From the NCBI GenBank assembly GCA_004431415.1, contig QPMI01000063.1, positions 153,210 through 217,209 of the forward strand: 64,000 nucleotides of DNA. Direction: 5' to 3'. The position numbers and the translations under genes were made by a program. The notes beneath the pieces are model-generated. The model made no database searches. It was not told the origin of the DNA and saw only the letters and a program-made list of their open reading frames with translations. Source of the stretch: Cyanophora paradoxa CCMP329 (Eukaryota > Plantae > Glaucophyta). Below are positions 49,060-61,930 of this stretch, piece after piece (position 1 is the first letter of the stretch; each line of letters begins with the position of its first letter).

Positions 49060-49853
49060 ATGCCCTTCATCGGGCCAGAGGACGACCTCGCAGCGTGGCT
49101 AGCACGCCTTGGCGAGAAGCGTATCAACTTCAGCCGCACCAGGGTCCCGCCGGGCGGCGTCCTGAAGGCGCAGTTCGGCGAGGGAGAGCAGCTGCGCATC
49201 GCCGAGGTCGGAGGCACATACCTGGTCGACTACGTTCGTGCCTCGGAGACGTCGTGCGAGTGCGCCAACCCCGCGCCCGCAGGATCCCACGTGCACGGAT
49301 GGCGGCACTATCGCTATATATCTGCCACGTCGAGCGGCTCCACTGGACCGAAGAAGAGCAGGACGAGATCATGGCGTGCCGCTGGCTCTACTTTAAAAAA
49401 TTTCCCTCGCAAGTGCCCGAGACGCTGCGCAACAAGATGCCGGCCGTCGATGCATCCAACAAGGAGCTCTTCTACTCGGACTGCATCGAGATGGCGTGCC
49501 TTGCATCTCTTTCTTTTCTCGATCCTTTTGCCGCGCTGACGGACGCCTCGCAGCTGAAGGTGTCGAGCATCATCCGGCCCGTCGCGGTCTTCAACTTCCA
49601 GATGTGGAAGCGCCTCGGCAGCGTCCGATTCAGCGAGAACGTCTTCTTCTGCCGCCACATGTTCCTTATCAAGACCAAGAAGAACGGAGTTCGCTTCCCG
49701 CGGCTCCCGCTGAAGGAGTTTGACGCGCGCCTCCACTCCCGGCCGGAGCTCGATCACCGTCCCGAGTGTCGCGTGCCGCGATTCCCTCGGATTAGGCTAG
49801 CCGGCAGTCTATGCGTAGCCGCTAGCCCTAGTCTAGTGCTATCGAGCAGCTAG
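49060..49853 (+). CDS. Stand-alone BAH-domain protein; two short introns and one apparent 1-nt frameshift near 49310-49320
   Basis: Reconstructed EVGGTYLVDY..YICHVERLHW..EIMACRWLYF..NKELFYSDCIEM|LKVSSIIRPVAVF..NVFFCRHMF follows the BAH pattern (yIarI..lw, rWfy, ELF.S, sI...c.V, fFCr). A 60-nt GC-AG intron at 49494-49553 has a ctgac branch site. 3' end approximate. Confidence 0.75.
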
Positions 49854-50567
49854 CTCTAGCACTCTCTGTATTCTGACTTAGCGCCGGGCGCGACTCCGTT
49901 TGGGGGTACGCGATCCCTGGACGGGTACACTTGTGAATAGACCACTTGTGCTCCCAGCTACAGCCCCAGCCCGTGCGTGACCGCACGGACGCTGCACCGG
50001 GTGGGAATCCTCTCATCCGACAGGCGCCATCTGCTCACGGAGCCAGAACCCCGATCATCAGCGACCCGTCATCAGCAACCGACCCAGCTCGGCGACCGCG
50101 GCTCAGCCGGCGCGCAGGTAGACCTCAGCAGAGGTCGTGGGTCGCTTCTCGCGCCCCGCCTGCGCCGCTCCGGGCTGATCCGCAGTTGGCGACCGAACAT
50201 TCTGGAAAGAACCAGAACTTAGTCCTGCGGATCCAGGAACGCGCGCGAATACCGAGGGATCCCCGTCCCGATCGGATCGTCGCCGTTTCCTGAGCGAGCT
50301 GCGTGCGAGCCCGTGGGATCATTCCTGATCGGTCGCTAGTCACTCGCCGCGACGCCAGCCTTCTCCGGCTGTTGCGATCGTGCTGGACAAGACGAAGAGC
50401 GATCGGATCGACGGCTGAGGCGTGCGCGCCCGAGCTGTCTCCGGAATCGCCGCAGCCGAGCTAGTGAGCTTGCTCGCCGCTGCTGTGGACCACGACGGCC
50501 TCGGATCTCGAGCGAGGCACATTCTCTCACGGAAAAGCGTGGCATTACGTCGCCGCTTGACCTGAGA

Positions 50568-52142
50568 ATGTCCTCGGGGACCGGAGCCTCCGCGGAGTTC
50601 GTCGTCCGGGCCGCGCACGCGCGTGGCGCCGCCGACATGGACTCTATGAGCGGATCAAATGTTTTGCAATGGATCCAGAGCCTGCCGAAGCTGCCGCCGG
50701 GCAGCGATCAGCGCACGGTTCAGGACCACCTCCGCCAGTTCGAGAGCTGCGCGAGCATGAGCAAGGACTTGCTCAGTGTCTCGCCGACTGCACACATTGA
50801 AGTGCAGAAGCGAACTGGGTGGGCTCTTCTCGGCACGCTAGATCACGGGCACCCCGTGCGCCAGAACATCTCGCTGTTCCAGAGCGCCGAGCAGATCGAC
50901 ACTCGCGAGCTCGAGAAGCTGAAGGCGTACCGGGCCGAGCGTGCGCGCACGAGCACGGCGGACCCGCGAGACGTCGCGATCCTCGAGACGCTCGATGAGA
51001 AGATCGCGCAAGCCGAGGAGGGCTTGCAGCGGACCGCCCTCACGGTCACGTACACCGCGATCAGGCGCCGTCTCGAAGATGACGCCGAGATGCGGAACCC
51101 TGACCGGTACAAGGCGCTCCTCGACCTGCCGCACGTGGGCGAGGCGCCGGAGGCGTTCTATCGCCGCGTCCTCGACTTGAGCATCATCCCGGAGTGCCGC
51201 GAGGCGCACGAGACACCGCTTATGGCACTCATGCGCCACGCGGGCCAGATGCTCAAGCGCCGCACTCGCAATCAGTGCCGCGACTTCGAAGACTCCGAGA
51301 TTTCGGACACCGATCGCCGGCACATGATGACGAACTTCTCCACGGCTCGGAAGATCTATGACGAGCTGTCGCAGAAGATCGCGGACCGCGAGATCACGGG
51401 ACCCTCTGCGGTCATCGACCTGGTAACCAAGCGCACCAATGAACTGGGCGCCTGGGACGTCGATATCTCCAAAGTCCCCGGCTCGGCCCTAGTGCTGGGC
51501 TCGCGCGGGACGCCGCTGCAGGCGCCCACGGCTGCCTCGCGCACGCCGCAGAGCGCGCCGCCGATCACGCACACGCCAGCTGTCCCCGTCGTCCCCTCGC
51601 GCTCGAACGCGGGCGCCGGCGCGGGCACGCGCATCATGCTCGCGACGACGGTGTCGGAAGCCGAGATCGCAGAGCTTGAGGCAAACGCGTACGGGTGGGA
51701 CGCGGACGACGCCGAGGATCAGAACGCCGAGGTCATCTCGTTCCTGCAGCTCATTGCTCGGGACGAGCCCCTCGTCGTAGTCCGCGCGCTCTACCCGTCG
51801 GCGTCCGCACCGCCGCCCCGCCTTGACGACCCGGTCTATCAGCAGAAGATCAAAGACTTCCTGAAGGCCCGGGTCTCCCGAGAAGCCCCGGCGGCCGTGC
51901 CACTGCGGCGAGTCGCACTACTCGTTTGAGTGCCGGACCAACCCGCGGCCTCTGCCCGAGTGGTCGGCAATCAACCCGGCCAAGCGCCGCGGGCCAACGG
52001 GCGCAGGCACCGGTGACCCGAAGCGCCGGTTCTACCCCGCGCCGCAGGGTGGGAACGGCCGCTCGAGCCCCCCGCCCCAGCAAGCTGCAGGGCCCGGGCG
52101 TGCTACAACTGCGGCAAAACCGGCCACCTGGCCGCGTCCTGC
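50568..52142 (+). CDS. gag: Gag-like protein ending in a CX2CX4HX4C zinc knuckle (frameshifted near 51880-52000)
   Basis: 453-aa ORF with an MHR-like segment HVGEAPEAFYRRVLDL. CYNCGKTGHLAASC follows downstream in another frame. Confidence 0.75.
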
Positions 52143-52713
52143 CCGGCCCAGGCGCAGACGCTCGAGGCCGCGGTCCGCCGCGCGCTTGCAGAACACGCCG
52201 CCGCCGCTGCAGCCCCGCCCGTGCCGCCCGCGACGCCGGCGCCCTGGGCTGACCCCAACGCCTTCACGATCGCGCGCGCCATGCTCGAGCAGGCTGCCCG
52301 AAGCGGCGCCGCCGGCCCGTCCGCGACTGCACTGCTTCCCGCGCCGACCGGCGGCCACGGGTCGGGGCCCACGGCGGCCCCGGCGCCCGCCGAGCTTGGC
52401 AAGGAAAAGCACGTGTACCGTGTGCGCATCGTGCGCAGCGACGAGGCGTTGGTCGACGATACCTTCCGAGCCTTCACCGCAGCGGCCGCGGCGCACGCCG
52501 CCGCGCTGCAGGACCCCGGACGGCCCCGCTCTCAACGCGGTCGCCGCAGCCGCCACCGCTTTCGCGATCGCAGTAGTGCAGCTGTCCGGGGAAAGCCGCC
52601 CAGACCTGTGCCCCACGGAGCCGAGAGGCCGGCCCCTGCGAGGCGCAGGACCTGTTGCCGACCCGCCCGGAGTCGGGCCTGGACGAGGGGAGAAGAAGGT
52701 CGCGTTCGACGCA

Positions 52714-52951
52714 GTGGACGCCGCCCTCGAGGAAATCGCACTCCTCTTGGCGGCCGCCCCGGACCCAACGGAGGTCGAGGGCGCTGACGCAGCAGCGAAG
52801 GGTCCCGCGCCGACGCCCGTGCCGACTTCTTTCCCCGCCGAGCTCGCCGCCGGCATCGTGGACGCCGCCCTTGAGGAGGTCGCACTCCTCTTGGCGGCCG
52901 CCCCGGACCCAACGGAGGTCGAGGGCGCTGACGCAGAAGCGAAGGGTCCCG
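52714..52951 (+). repeat. In-frame direct repeat (two copies of about 94 bp, period 144 bp)
   Basis: VDAALEE(I/V)ALLLAAAPDPTEVEGADA(A/E)AKGP occurs at 52714 and 52858. Confidence 0.9.
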
Positions 52952-55900
52952 AGCCCGCGACGGAGCTCGCTCCCACCAAGTCGGTCCCCGAGACCGCCGC
53001 CGCCGAGGCTCCGGCGGACCCCGCCGCCGGCGTGGGCTGCTGCCTGGGTACTCCTCGGGGCCGAGACGGTAGCGAGCCTCGAGGTGACCGACGACGGCGC
53101 CTCCCTCGCCGACGAGGACGCGACCGTAGCGTCTAAGGAGACCCTGCGCCTCAACCGCGCTCGCCTCCTCAGCGCTAGCCCCGGCCTAGACCTCACTCAC
53201 TTCGGAGCCGTTGAGTTAGAGCCGGTGAAGGGCCGCGAGCACGAGCTGGGGCCCGTTCCTCTCTGGAACGTGGACGCGCACAAGCTGAAGGGCGCCGCGT
53301 CGGTCCCGCTCGACCGCGCGGCGTTCCTGTACCCAGCGCCGTGCGAGACTCACTGCGGCTGCACTGTGAGCGAGGGGCTGATCGAGGTCCGGGACGAGCA
53401 GTGGTATGCCACTGCGTTCCGCTGCCCGGCCCGCACCCGCCAGACGCTCTCCTTCTTGCTTGCGGCGTTCTCTCAGCCGCTCGCCACCGAGAGCACGTAC
53501 CTCGGCTCGCGGACCCTCCCCACTGCGTTCCTGCAGATGCTGGGGCATGACCCGCTGTCCCAGGACACGCTGGCTCACGCCTGGCCGACGCACTATTATG
53601 AAATCATGAGCCTCACGCACCAGGCCTCTCGCGTCGCCGCGAAGTGGGCCGGGGGCCACGCGTGGCCGCACGCCGAGGGCCTCACGCCCGAGGGTCGCCC
53701 CGCAGTCGAGCCCGACGCCCACAAGCTTACGAAGCTTGGGGACGAGTGCGTCGCTACCGCCGGCTGGCTGGAGCCATACCGCCGCCACTGGAGCATTGGC
53801 CAGCACTCGCCCGTGGCGGCCTCTCTCGAGCCGCACGAGATGACAGTGTCGGGCCGCCGCCAGCTAATCGAGCTGAGCGAGCTGTTGCCGGCACAGGACC
53901 GCCTCCGCCTTGCGTGCGCCTCGACTGTTGCGGGCTATTTCCTGCACCGCGTCGACTACGGTGCCCCGGGCACCGCCGGCGCCGTCGAGAAGATCCTCGG
54001 CCGCTTCTTTAAGTTCGCCGAGCCGCTCATGGTGGACGCGCGGGTCGACGCCTATGGCTTCGCCCTGCTGGCCCTCGAGCACGCGATCCAGTGGAAGACC
54101 GTGGCTTGCATCGGCGGCCGCGCCGGTCCCCACGACGCCCACAAGAGCGCCGTTGCCCTGGCCGACGGGAACCCTCTTGTCCCCTCGGACTCGGAGTTCA
54201 CGGAAGCCGTTCACTCGCTTGCCGTCCTGGCTGCCTCCGTTGAGGTTCCGATCCCGGGGCGGGCACGTCTCCGCTCGGATCGGGACGCCGAGGGATGGCT
54301 GCGGGCAGCGCTCGCGGAGCGTCTGACTGCGTACCGCGACGGCCGTGCCCCCGCCTTCCCGGTCGTGAGCGAGGGCGAGTCCCGCACGGTTGAACGCGTT
54401 CCGGTGGAGCCCGCGTCGCCGCCGCCCGCGTTCTGCACCTCCGGGACCTGCACTTGTGCGACACCTGGCTGCACTGGCCGCGCCTGCACGGGGCAGAGCC
54501 TGGCACGTGGAGGGTCGGCCGCGTGCGCCCGATCACGCGCACCACGCAGTTGCCCCTGCACGGCACGACGCGAGGCGGGCAGCTGCCCACGATCGTGCCT
54601 GAGGAGCTCTACGTGCTGAGCCAGCTCGGCCCGCGCCCGCCGCTCACCGCCCTGTGCGATGCAGCCTGGGCCCGCACGGTTCCCGGATCCGCCGGGGCCG
54701 CGGAGCTGCTCCGGTACATCGAGGGGCCAAGGCGGGCGACCGGGCCCACCTCGTCATTCTATTCCGTAGGCTGCTGAAGAAGCGGGCCGGTTTCAATGAC
54801 GAGGCTGTCAAGGACATGATCGCGCTCGTGGAGAAGTGGCGCACGGATGCGGGCAGCCGCACCCCCACTCCTCTCCACGACCTGCCCACCACGCCGAAGC
54901 CGGCGTCGGACACGACGGGCGCCTACACGGCGAAGGCCGTCAGCGCGACGATCAAGGAGGCTAAGGCCTGCCTGCCGCCGCGCCCGCCTGTGAAGGCGCT
55001 CTCGCCGAGGGACCCGCCAGCGCCGGCGCGGCCGGCGCCCGTTCCTGTCCCGCCGCCTGCACCGACGGCGAAGCTCGTGACCTTGCACGCCGCGGCAACA
55101 TGGCCGCCGCTTGCGAGCCCGATGGCGCCGCGGCCCACCGCCGCTCCGACGCCGCCCGCCACTGAGCCCGCGCCTGTCGAGCCTCGCCTGAGCGAGCCGC
55201 TACTCGACGTCGCGCGCGCGACCGCGCCGGCTCCCCGGCAGGCCGCCGTCGCGGCGAGCGTGGCCGCGGGGACGGGGTCGTGCGCGTCAGCACCCGTGGG
55301 CGCGGCTCGCAGGGGCCACGAACCCGCAGCGCCCGCCGTGGGCAGGCTGAGGGGGAAGACGCCGAGATGGGCGAGCGGGGCGACGGCGATGAGGCGCCCG
55401 AGAAGCGCCGCCGCCGCCGCCGCCGTCGGCTATCGATGAGAACCTGAGCCAGCGGGCCCTGTACGAGGCTATGGCGTGATGAGCGGCGTCCTCGCAGTGC
55501 CGGGTGCCCGCCTCGGCTCTGTGAGGGGAAACAGATCACCGAGTGGCCCATGACGGCCCGGTCTGATCTCGCCCACCGCTGGAGCATCCCCTTCGACGCA
55601 CTGAAGGGCACGTTCGAGGACCTGCGGGTCCCGCACCTCAAGGCGTTTCTCGCCAGCGAGAGGAGCACGCCAATCCAGAACCGCCTGGATGGGCCGCCCG
55701 TGCCGCACGAGGAGCCGCCGGAGGGCCGCGTCGCGCTCAGAGCCGATCGCACCGTTCGCCTCGCGCGGCTCAACGCGGCCGCGTTCGAGCTCTTCATGAT
55801 CGCGCTGGGGCTCCGTGGCCCCGTCACGCCCCACTCCCACGATCTCCCGTTCCACCTGCATGAGTGGACGGAGCAGCAGTTGGAGCACTTCCTGACTCTG

Positions 55901-58900
55901 CGTTGGACGATCCCTGCCACGCGCCTGCCGCGGTGGACGCACGGGGCCGCTTCAACCGAGCGCGGCCGTCATCCCGCCGCAGTGGGCCCAGTACCTCTTG
56001 CGTGCTCACACCATGTTCCGCGCCGAGGCGGTTGGACCACCGTTCCCTCCGCGGAACGCGCCGGCCTGGAGTTCCCGTACGGGGTTCGCTGGCTGCGCCG
56101 CCACCTGCAGCTAGGGACGCGCGCGCAGGAGGAAGCCGCCGAGAGCGACCCGCACAGGGGCTTGGCCCTGACCGCCCAGCGCGCGGCCTTCCAGGAGAAG
56201 GTCTTGCATGCCCTCGAGCGTCACGCTGCACGGCAGTCGTTCACGTTCGACGATGCGCTTGTGGCACCTACATCGCCGATGAGCCTGAGCCCCGCCTCGA
56301 GCCGCTCGACATTGACCATGTCGAGAGCGAAGAGGAAGAGGGCGAGAAGGAAGAGGCGCCGGCTGCCATCCCTGCGGCGGCGCACAGGCCGTTCGAGCCG
56401 CACAAGGACTGGCAGCCGCGCCGCTGTTCTCGTTGGCGGACCCGACGTACGCCAACGATCACAAGCTCTTGCGCGAGTACATGGACCGGAAACACGCGTT
56501 TTTCCGGCCCCTGGAATGCTATGAGCCAGGGTTCACTGAATGGGCAACGCTGCCCGCGATCAGCTACCCTTGCGCTGGCAGCACGCCGGCGACGTTGACG
56601 AGTACAACGTCGACGTGCTCACGCTGCAGGACCAGCACATGGGCGAGCTGTGCTCAACTATGCTCAAGCGCGTCGGCCCCGCCGCGCGCGGCATAGTGAA
56701 CTGGTTCTCGCTCGTAGGCCCGCCTCAGCGGCCGTTCGACGAGGATCCGGAGCTCTTCGACCTGCAGGGGCTTGCATTCCCGCACGCCGCCTGCGGCGTC
56801 AGCTTGGATATCGTGCAGTACCTCGCGGTCGGGACCCGTACCGCACAGTCTGCCGTCCCGACGTACACGGGCGCTGGGATCTCACGCACGAGGGCACAGC
56901 CCACGCACCCGTGTGTTCGACCCTGGCCAGGTCTCGCGGGTGCTGTATACCGCCTTCTTCCACGAAGGCGGCGGCGCGCGGAACGCCCCGCCGCCGTACA
57001 TGCCGCACCCCGAGCGCCCCACCCTGCACACCTCAGTCTTGGGCGGTAACATCGCCGACCCGAACGAGGAGGACGCCAGGACGCCGTTCGCGACCCGCTT
57101 CGCGCGCGACGTCGCCGTGCTGGCCCTGCTGCGCCCGCTCGCCGACAAGCGCGTCGAGAACGTTGAGGGTCGCCTGCAGACGCGGCGCATCTACGCGCCC
57201 CGCCTCGTGGCAGGCACGGCCACGCCCGCGCCGAACGCTGCCTGCGACAAGGACGTCGCAGGGGCGCGCCGCACCAGCGCGAGAACAAGAAGCTGTGGCT
57301 CGCAGTGACGGTCGCCCAGCTTGCGAGCCAGCCCAAGAAGAGCCACGCGAACCCGCGGCTCGTCACCGCGTTCGGTTACGAGCTGCCGCCTTTCCCGAAC
57401 TCACCTCCGGGGACGTGCCCTTGGGCGCCGATCCCGGCGGAAGAGGAAATCCTCGCGACGGCCATCGGTTTTACGCTGGCCTGGCACGCGCGCTTCTTCC
57501 AGCGTCACGCGCCGGGCAAGCACCTCCGCAGCCAGCACTGGGCTGATGACTTTCTGTCGGCTGCGGCCATGGACGTCGAGTCGGAACGCCCGGCTGACTA
57601 CGTCCCGAGATCGCTCGGCGGTCGCCGATCACATGGATGACTTCAACAAGGTGTTGAACTCGTTCCGCTGCGTGGTGCCGGACGGTCTGATGGTGTTCAT
57701 TCACGAGGCCTTCCTGACTAAGCCGACGGCCAAGCCGGACCGCGGGTCCGACGTCTTGCCTCAGGGCAAGAAGGTCTTCGACGCGGACGCGAGGCCGACG
57801 TACCCGGACGGTCATCCCACGCTTGCGTGGAAGTTTGGCCCGAACAATGCGGTCGTGCCGGACCACGAGGGTCGTGCGGCGATCTGTGGGCGGATCCTGC
57901 TCGCGATGCTGCAGGGCTTCCAGTATCCCGCATCCCGCTGCTCGCGCAGCGGGTGGACAACTGTGCGCCCTGAACGCCGCCATGCCCCAGAACGTGGCCG
58001 AGGTCTTCAGGGCCTCTTGCGCACTATGACGAGGATGAGTGCGCCGACTCGGATGCCCGCGCGCTGGCGGACGGCATCCGCGCGTACCTCACAAACATGC
58101 CGCACGGTCTCGGGTACCAGCGTCTTGAGCTCGGCTCGCCCCCGATGGCCGGCGCCGAGGACGCGTGGCCGCCGGCGATGACCTTGGCGCCGGGGCAAGA
58201 GTGGGATACAGCGCCACCTCGAGGCCGCCCGCGCCGCGAGGAGCTGGAGAACTGTCCCGGGAACTTCCCGCTGGGGCTCATCTTTACCGATGAGGCTATA
58301 CCCCTGCGGCCTCAGTTCGAGACGATGCTCCGTTCGCTCTACGCCGATCTGAATGTCGCGATCCGCCTCGCGCGCCCGATCGACTGGGAGACGGACGACC
58401 CGTGCTCCCCGACTGGGACGTTGAGGCTCTGCGCCCGGCGCTGATGTGGGACGCGGTCCAGAACAAGGGCGCCGCGCCTCGGCCCGGCGCAGCCTGACTG
58501 CGACGGCGGCTGTCGATAAGGAGGCCGAAAGCCTTCTGGTTCGCACGCCGTACCAGCCGATCTACGAAGGAGCGGTCCGCGCGACGTGGGCGGGCGTGCG
58601 GTTCCAGCCGCCCTCAACCATCGTCGCGGGCTCGCGGACGACCCGCCGAGGCGGCGCCATCCGCCACCCCGTCGGCGCCCGCGCCGGCGCAGGCCGCTGC
58701 GCAGACCGCCGCGCCGCGACGGCGCCGCAGCAGGCGCGGCCCCGGCGCAACGCGGGCCAGGCCGTTGGCCGAGGCGGCCGCGGGCAGGGTCACCAGCGGG
58801 GCGGCCGGCACCGCGGTCGCGACGGCCGAGGCCACCGTGACCGTGGCGGCGACCGCGGCGGTGGCCAGGCGCAACCCGCACAACCCGCTGTCGACCCGAA

Positions 58901-61489
58901 CGACCCGTTCGGGCTGGATGCGTTCCTCGCGCGGCAGCAGGGGTATGACCCAAGACCATGCGCGTAACCGTCTCGGACGGGAAGGTGAAGGTCGAGCGGA
59001 TCGCCGAGAGCGCTCCGCCAGACCAAGCCCGCCGGCTGAGACTCCCTCCCGGACCTTGATGCCGCCGCCCAGCTCGAGCCGCCAGGCCGAGGCAAGCTCG
59101 AGCCGCAGGGACGACACGGCCAGTCGCGCGTCGCAGGCCCGCCGGACCCCTGAGCGGGCCTCGTCTCAGCGCCGCTCGCGCACACCCGAGCCGCGCCGAG
59201 CCCCGTCCAGTCGCCGCTCTCGCACCCCAGACAGGCGCGAGACGCGGGGCCCTCCACGCGCCGCGAGCGCTCCCCGGAGCCCCACCGGCAATCCCGGGCG
59301 CCGCCGCCGTCCGCCGTTCGTTGGAACGCCGCGATCGCGAGGGCTCCCGACGCCTTCGCCGGACCGCCGGGACGCGAGGCCTCCGCCGCCGCTCCCGGAC
59401 CGCCGTGATCGCTCGCCGCCGCGCCGCGACCGCAGCCCGCCGAGCCGACGGTCCACGGCTCGCGACACTCGCGACAGGCGGAGCCCTCGCCGAGGCTCGC
59501 GGAACGCCGCCGGAGCCGAACACCGTCCCGCTCTAGCTCCGCTCGCGCTCGCGCGATCGGAGCCCGAGCCGGAGCCCCGCCATGACGATAAGCGGCGCAA
59601 AAGCTCGAAGAAGGGCTCGCGCGACCGCGCCTCGCCGCGAGACCGCCGCAGCCCTCGCAGCAGCCAGTCCTCTCGCCGCCCGCCGGACCCGCCGCGCGGC
59701 GCCGTAGACGCTGCGTACAAGCGGCACGAGAACGACGCCCGCCTGCGAGGCTGCCGCCCACATTGCGCGAGCTCTTCGACATGGTCTGGAAGGCGCAGTA
59801 CGCTGAGATGCCAGACTCGCTCTCGGCGTCCGCGCGAGCTGAGCAGGCCACCGCGCTGGTCCTGATCAAGCTCCAGAACCAGATGGACGCTCAGTCCGCG
59901 TCGTCCTCGGCCCGCGCCGCCGCGCCACCATCGGGTGGGCAGCCGCCGACGGCGGACGCAACGAGCGCCAGCAGCCCTTTCTAGAGGGCCTGAGGGGCAG
60001 AGCGAGGCCGGTCCGCAGTCGGCGGCGCCGTCCAAGCCTGCGGAGGGTCGCGCCTCCATCTCTCAGGCCCAGGAGCGGTCATCGCGTGCGAGCCAGGCCG
60101 AGCCGCCGCGCGCAGACCAGTCGACGCCGGAGCAGCCGCGCGCCTCAGTGGCCGCGCCGCGCGCCTCCGCCGCACGACTTTCAACCCCAGGCTGACGTCC
60201 CAGCAGGGGGCCTCCTGCAGTTTGTGCGCGAGTGCTCGAGCTGCGCGACGTGAAGATCCGGGCCAAGGGTCACGGAATTGGGGCTTTGGCTCAAACAGTC
60301 GAGCGCCAGATCGCACCGCCGCTAGCCACGCCGAGACGCGCGCCAAGCCGGCGGCGCTCAGAAGGTCTCAGACGAAGCCTTCGCCCAGGCAAAGCAGGCC
60401 GCTCGGCGGCCCTGGAAGACGTCTGCGCGCCTCCGGGCCGGCATCGATATGCAGATCAGCCTCTCCGCTGGGAGACGGGCATGATGATCTCGCTCCTCCA
60501 GACGGGCCCGTGCCGATCTCGAGGCTCTGCGGGCCACGCTCGATCGCACCAAAGACTGGCGAGCCTTGCTTGAGCGCGAGCGCCAGCACGAGGCTCGCGT
60601 GGCAATGCAGGCCGCGGCAAAAGCCAACCCAAAGCCCTTCTTCGCGGTATACACCGTCGCAGAAGCGTCGTCACCCCGGGCACGAGGCCCGCGCGCCCTG
60701 TGACCTCCCGCCACTTGCATACGCCGGCGTCGGTCGGGCCGCTGTGCCGGTGCGGCGGACGAGAAGTACATCTCGATCCGCCGCGTCCAGACGTCGTCCA
60801 CGAGCCGCCCGCTCAAACAGTCGCGCCGCCGGCGCCAGCCGCGCCCGCCCCGCCCACCAAAGAGCGCGAGCCTGCGCCGGCTGGGCCGCCGCCTGCTGCA
60901 CAGCTCGGCCGCGCTCGACCGTGCTGGTCTTCAACTGGCTGTCGAACCCGCGCAAATGCTGCAGTCGATCCAAAGACCCTGGAGCCGCTTACGCGCGGTC
61001 ATCAGGCGATCATGGACCGCTACGGCATCTCGATGCGCAAAACGGGCTACAAGCCCGCACGGCCGACTCGCGCGTGTTCTCGGGTTCAGCGCCGACAGCG
61101 GCGTTCGCCCGCAGAACGCGCTCGAGGCCGCCGCGATCATTTACCCCGAGGCCTGACCTCGACGAGGAAGCTCTCATGCCCGCGGGCCAGCCCTGGCTCC
61201 AAAAACCGCCCGTCCTCGCCGTGCCCCGCCGGCAGAGGAGACGCGCTGGAACGCCGCCGGCTATGACCCGCCCAGCGACGAGTTGCTCTACGCCAACGCC
61301 ACGGCCCGGCCCGCGCAAGCGGACCAAGCCTCGCCGTTGCCGACCAGCAGAGCAGCGCCGAGTCGCCGAGCGAGCCGCGGCTCGCCAGTCCGGCCCCCAT
61401 CCCCAACCGCAAGCGCAACGGACCTGTCGGTCCACCCGCGCCGCCGGAACCAGAATTCCACGTCCGCCGCGCCCGACTAGCTTCCCGCG

Positions 61490-61930
61490 CGACCGGGCCC
61501 TGGAATTCTTCCGGCCAAAGACACTGCACATTCACGGCAGCATTGCTATGCGCCTGCCGAACGGCCGCTCCGGCGCTGAACGGCCCGCTCGCATTGTTGT
61601 CGACACGGGCGCCCAGGGAACTGTAGTTCCCCAGGAAGTCCTCGACCGCCTGCCGCCCGACGAAGTCAATTACGTCGAGGGCCACACGATAGTCCGCGGT
61701 TTCATGGACCGGGACAAAATTCGTTGTCGCCGCGCCGACGTAGTCTTCGTTCTGGGCTCGCTCCGCTTCTGCCGCCGCGTCTTCGTCGTCCCGCGCGGCG
61801 CCATGGGCGTTGAGCCGGACATTCTGCTCGGCCTGGACGCGATCCAGGCCGTCCACGGCCAGATCGACACGACGCTGTCCGGGTGGTGCCTCCGGGCCCG
61901 TGACCACCTGCACCGCGAAGTCGTCGTCCC
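61490..61930 (+). CDS. Retropepsin-like aspartic protease domain
   Basis: ARIVVDTGAQGTVV..IVRGF..DILLGLDAI. Confidence 0.9.
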
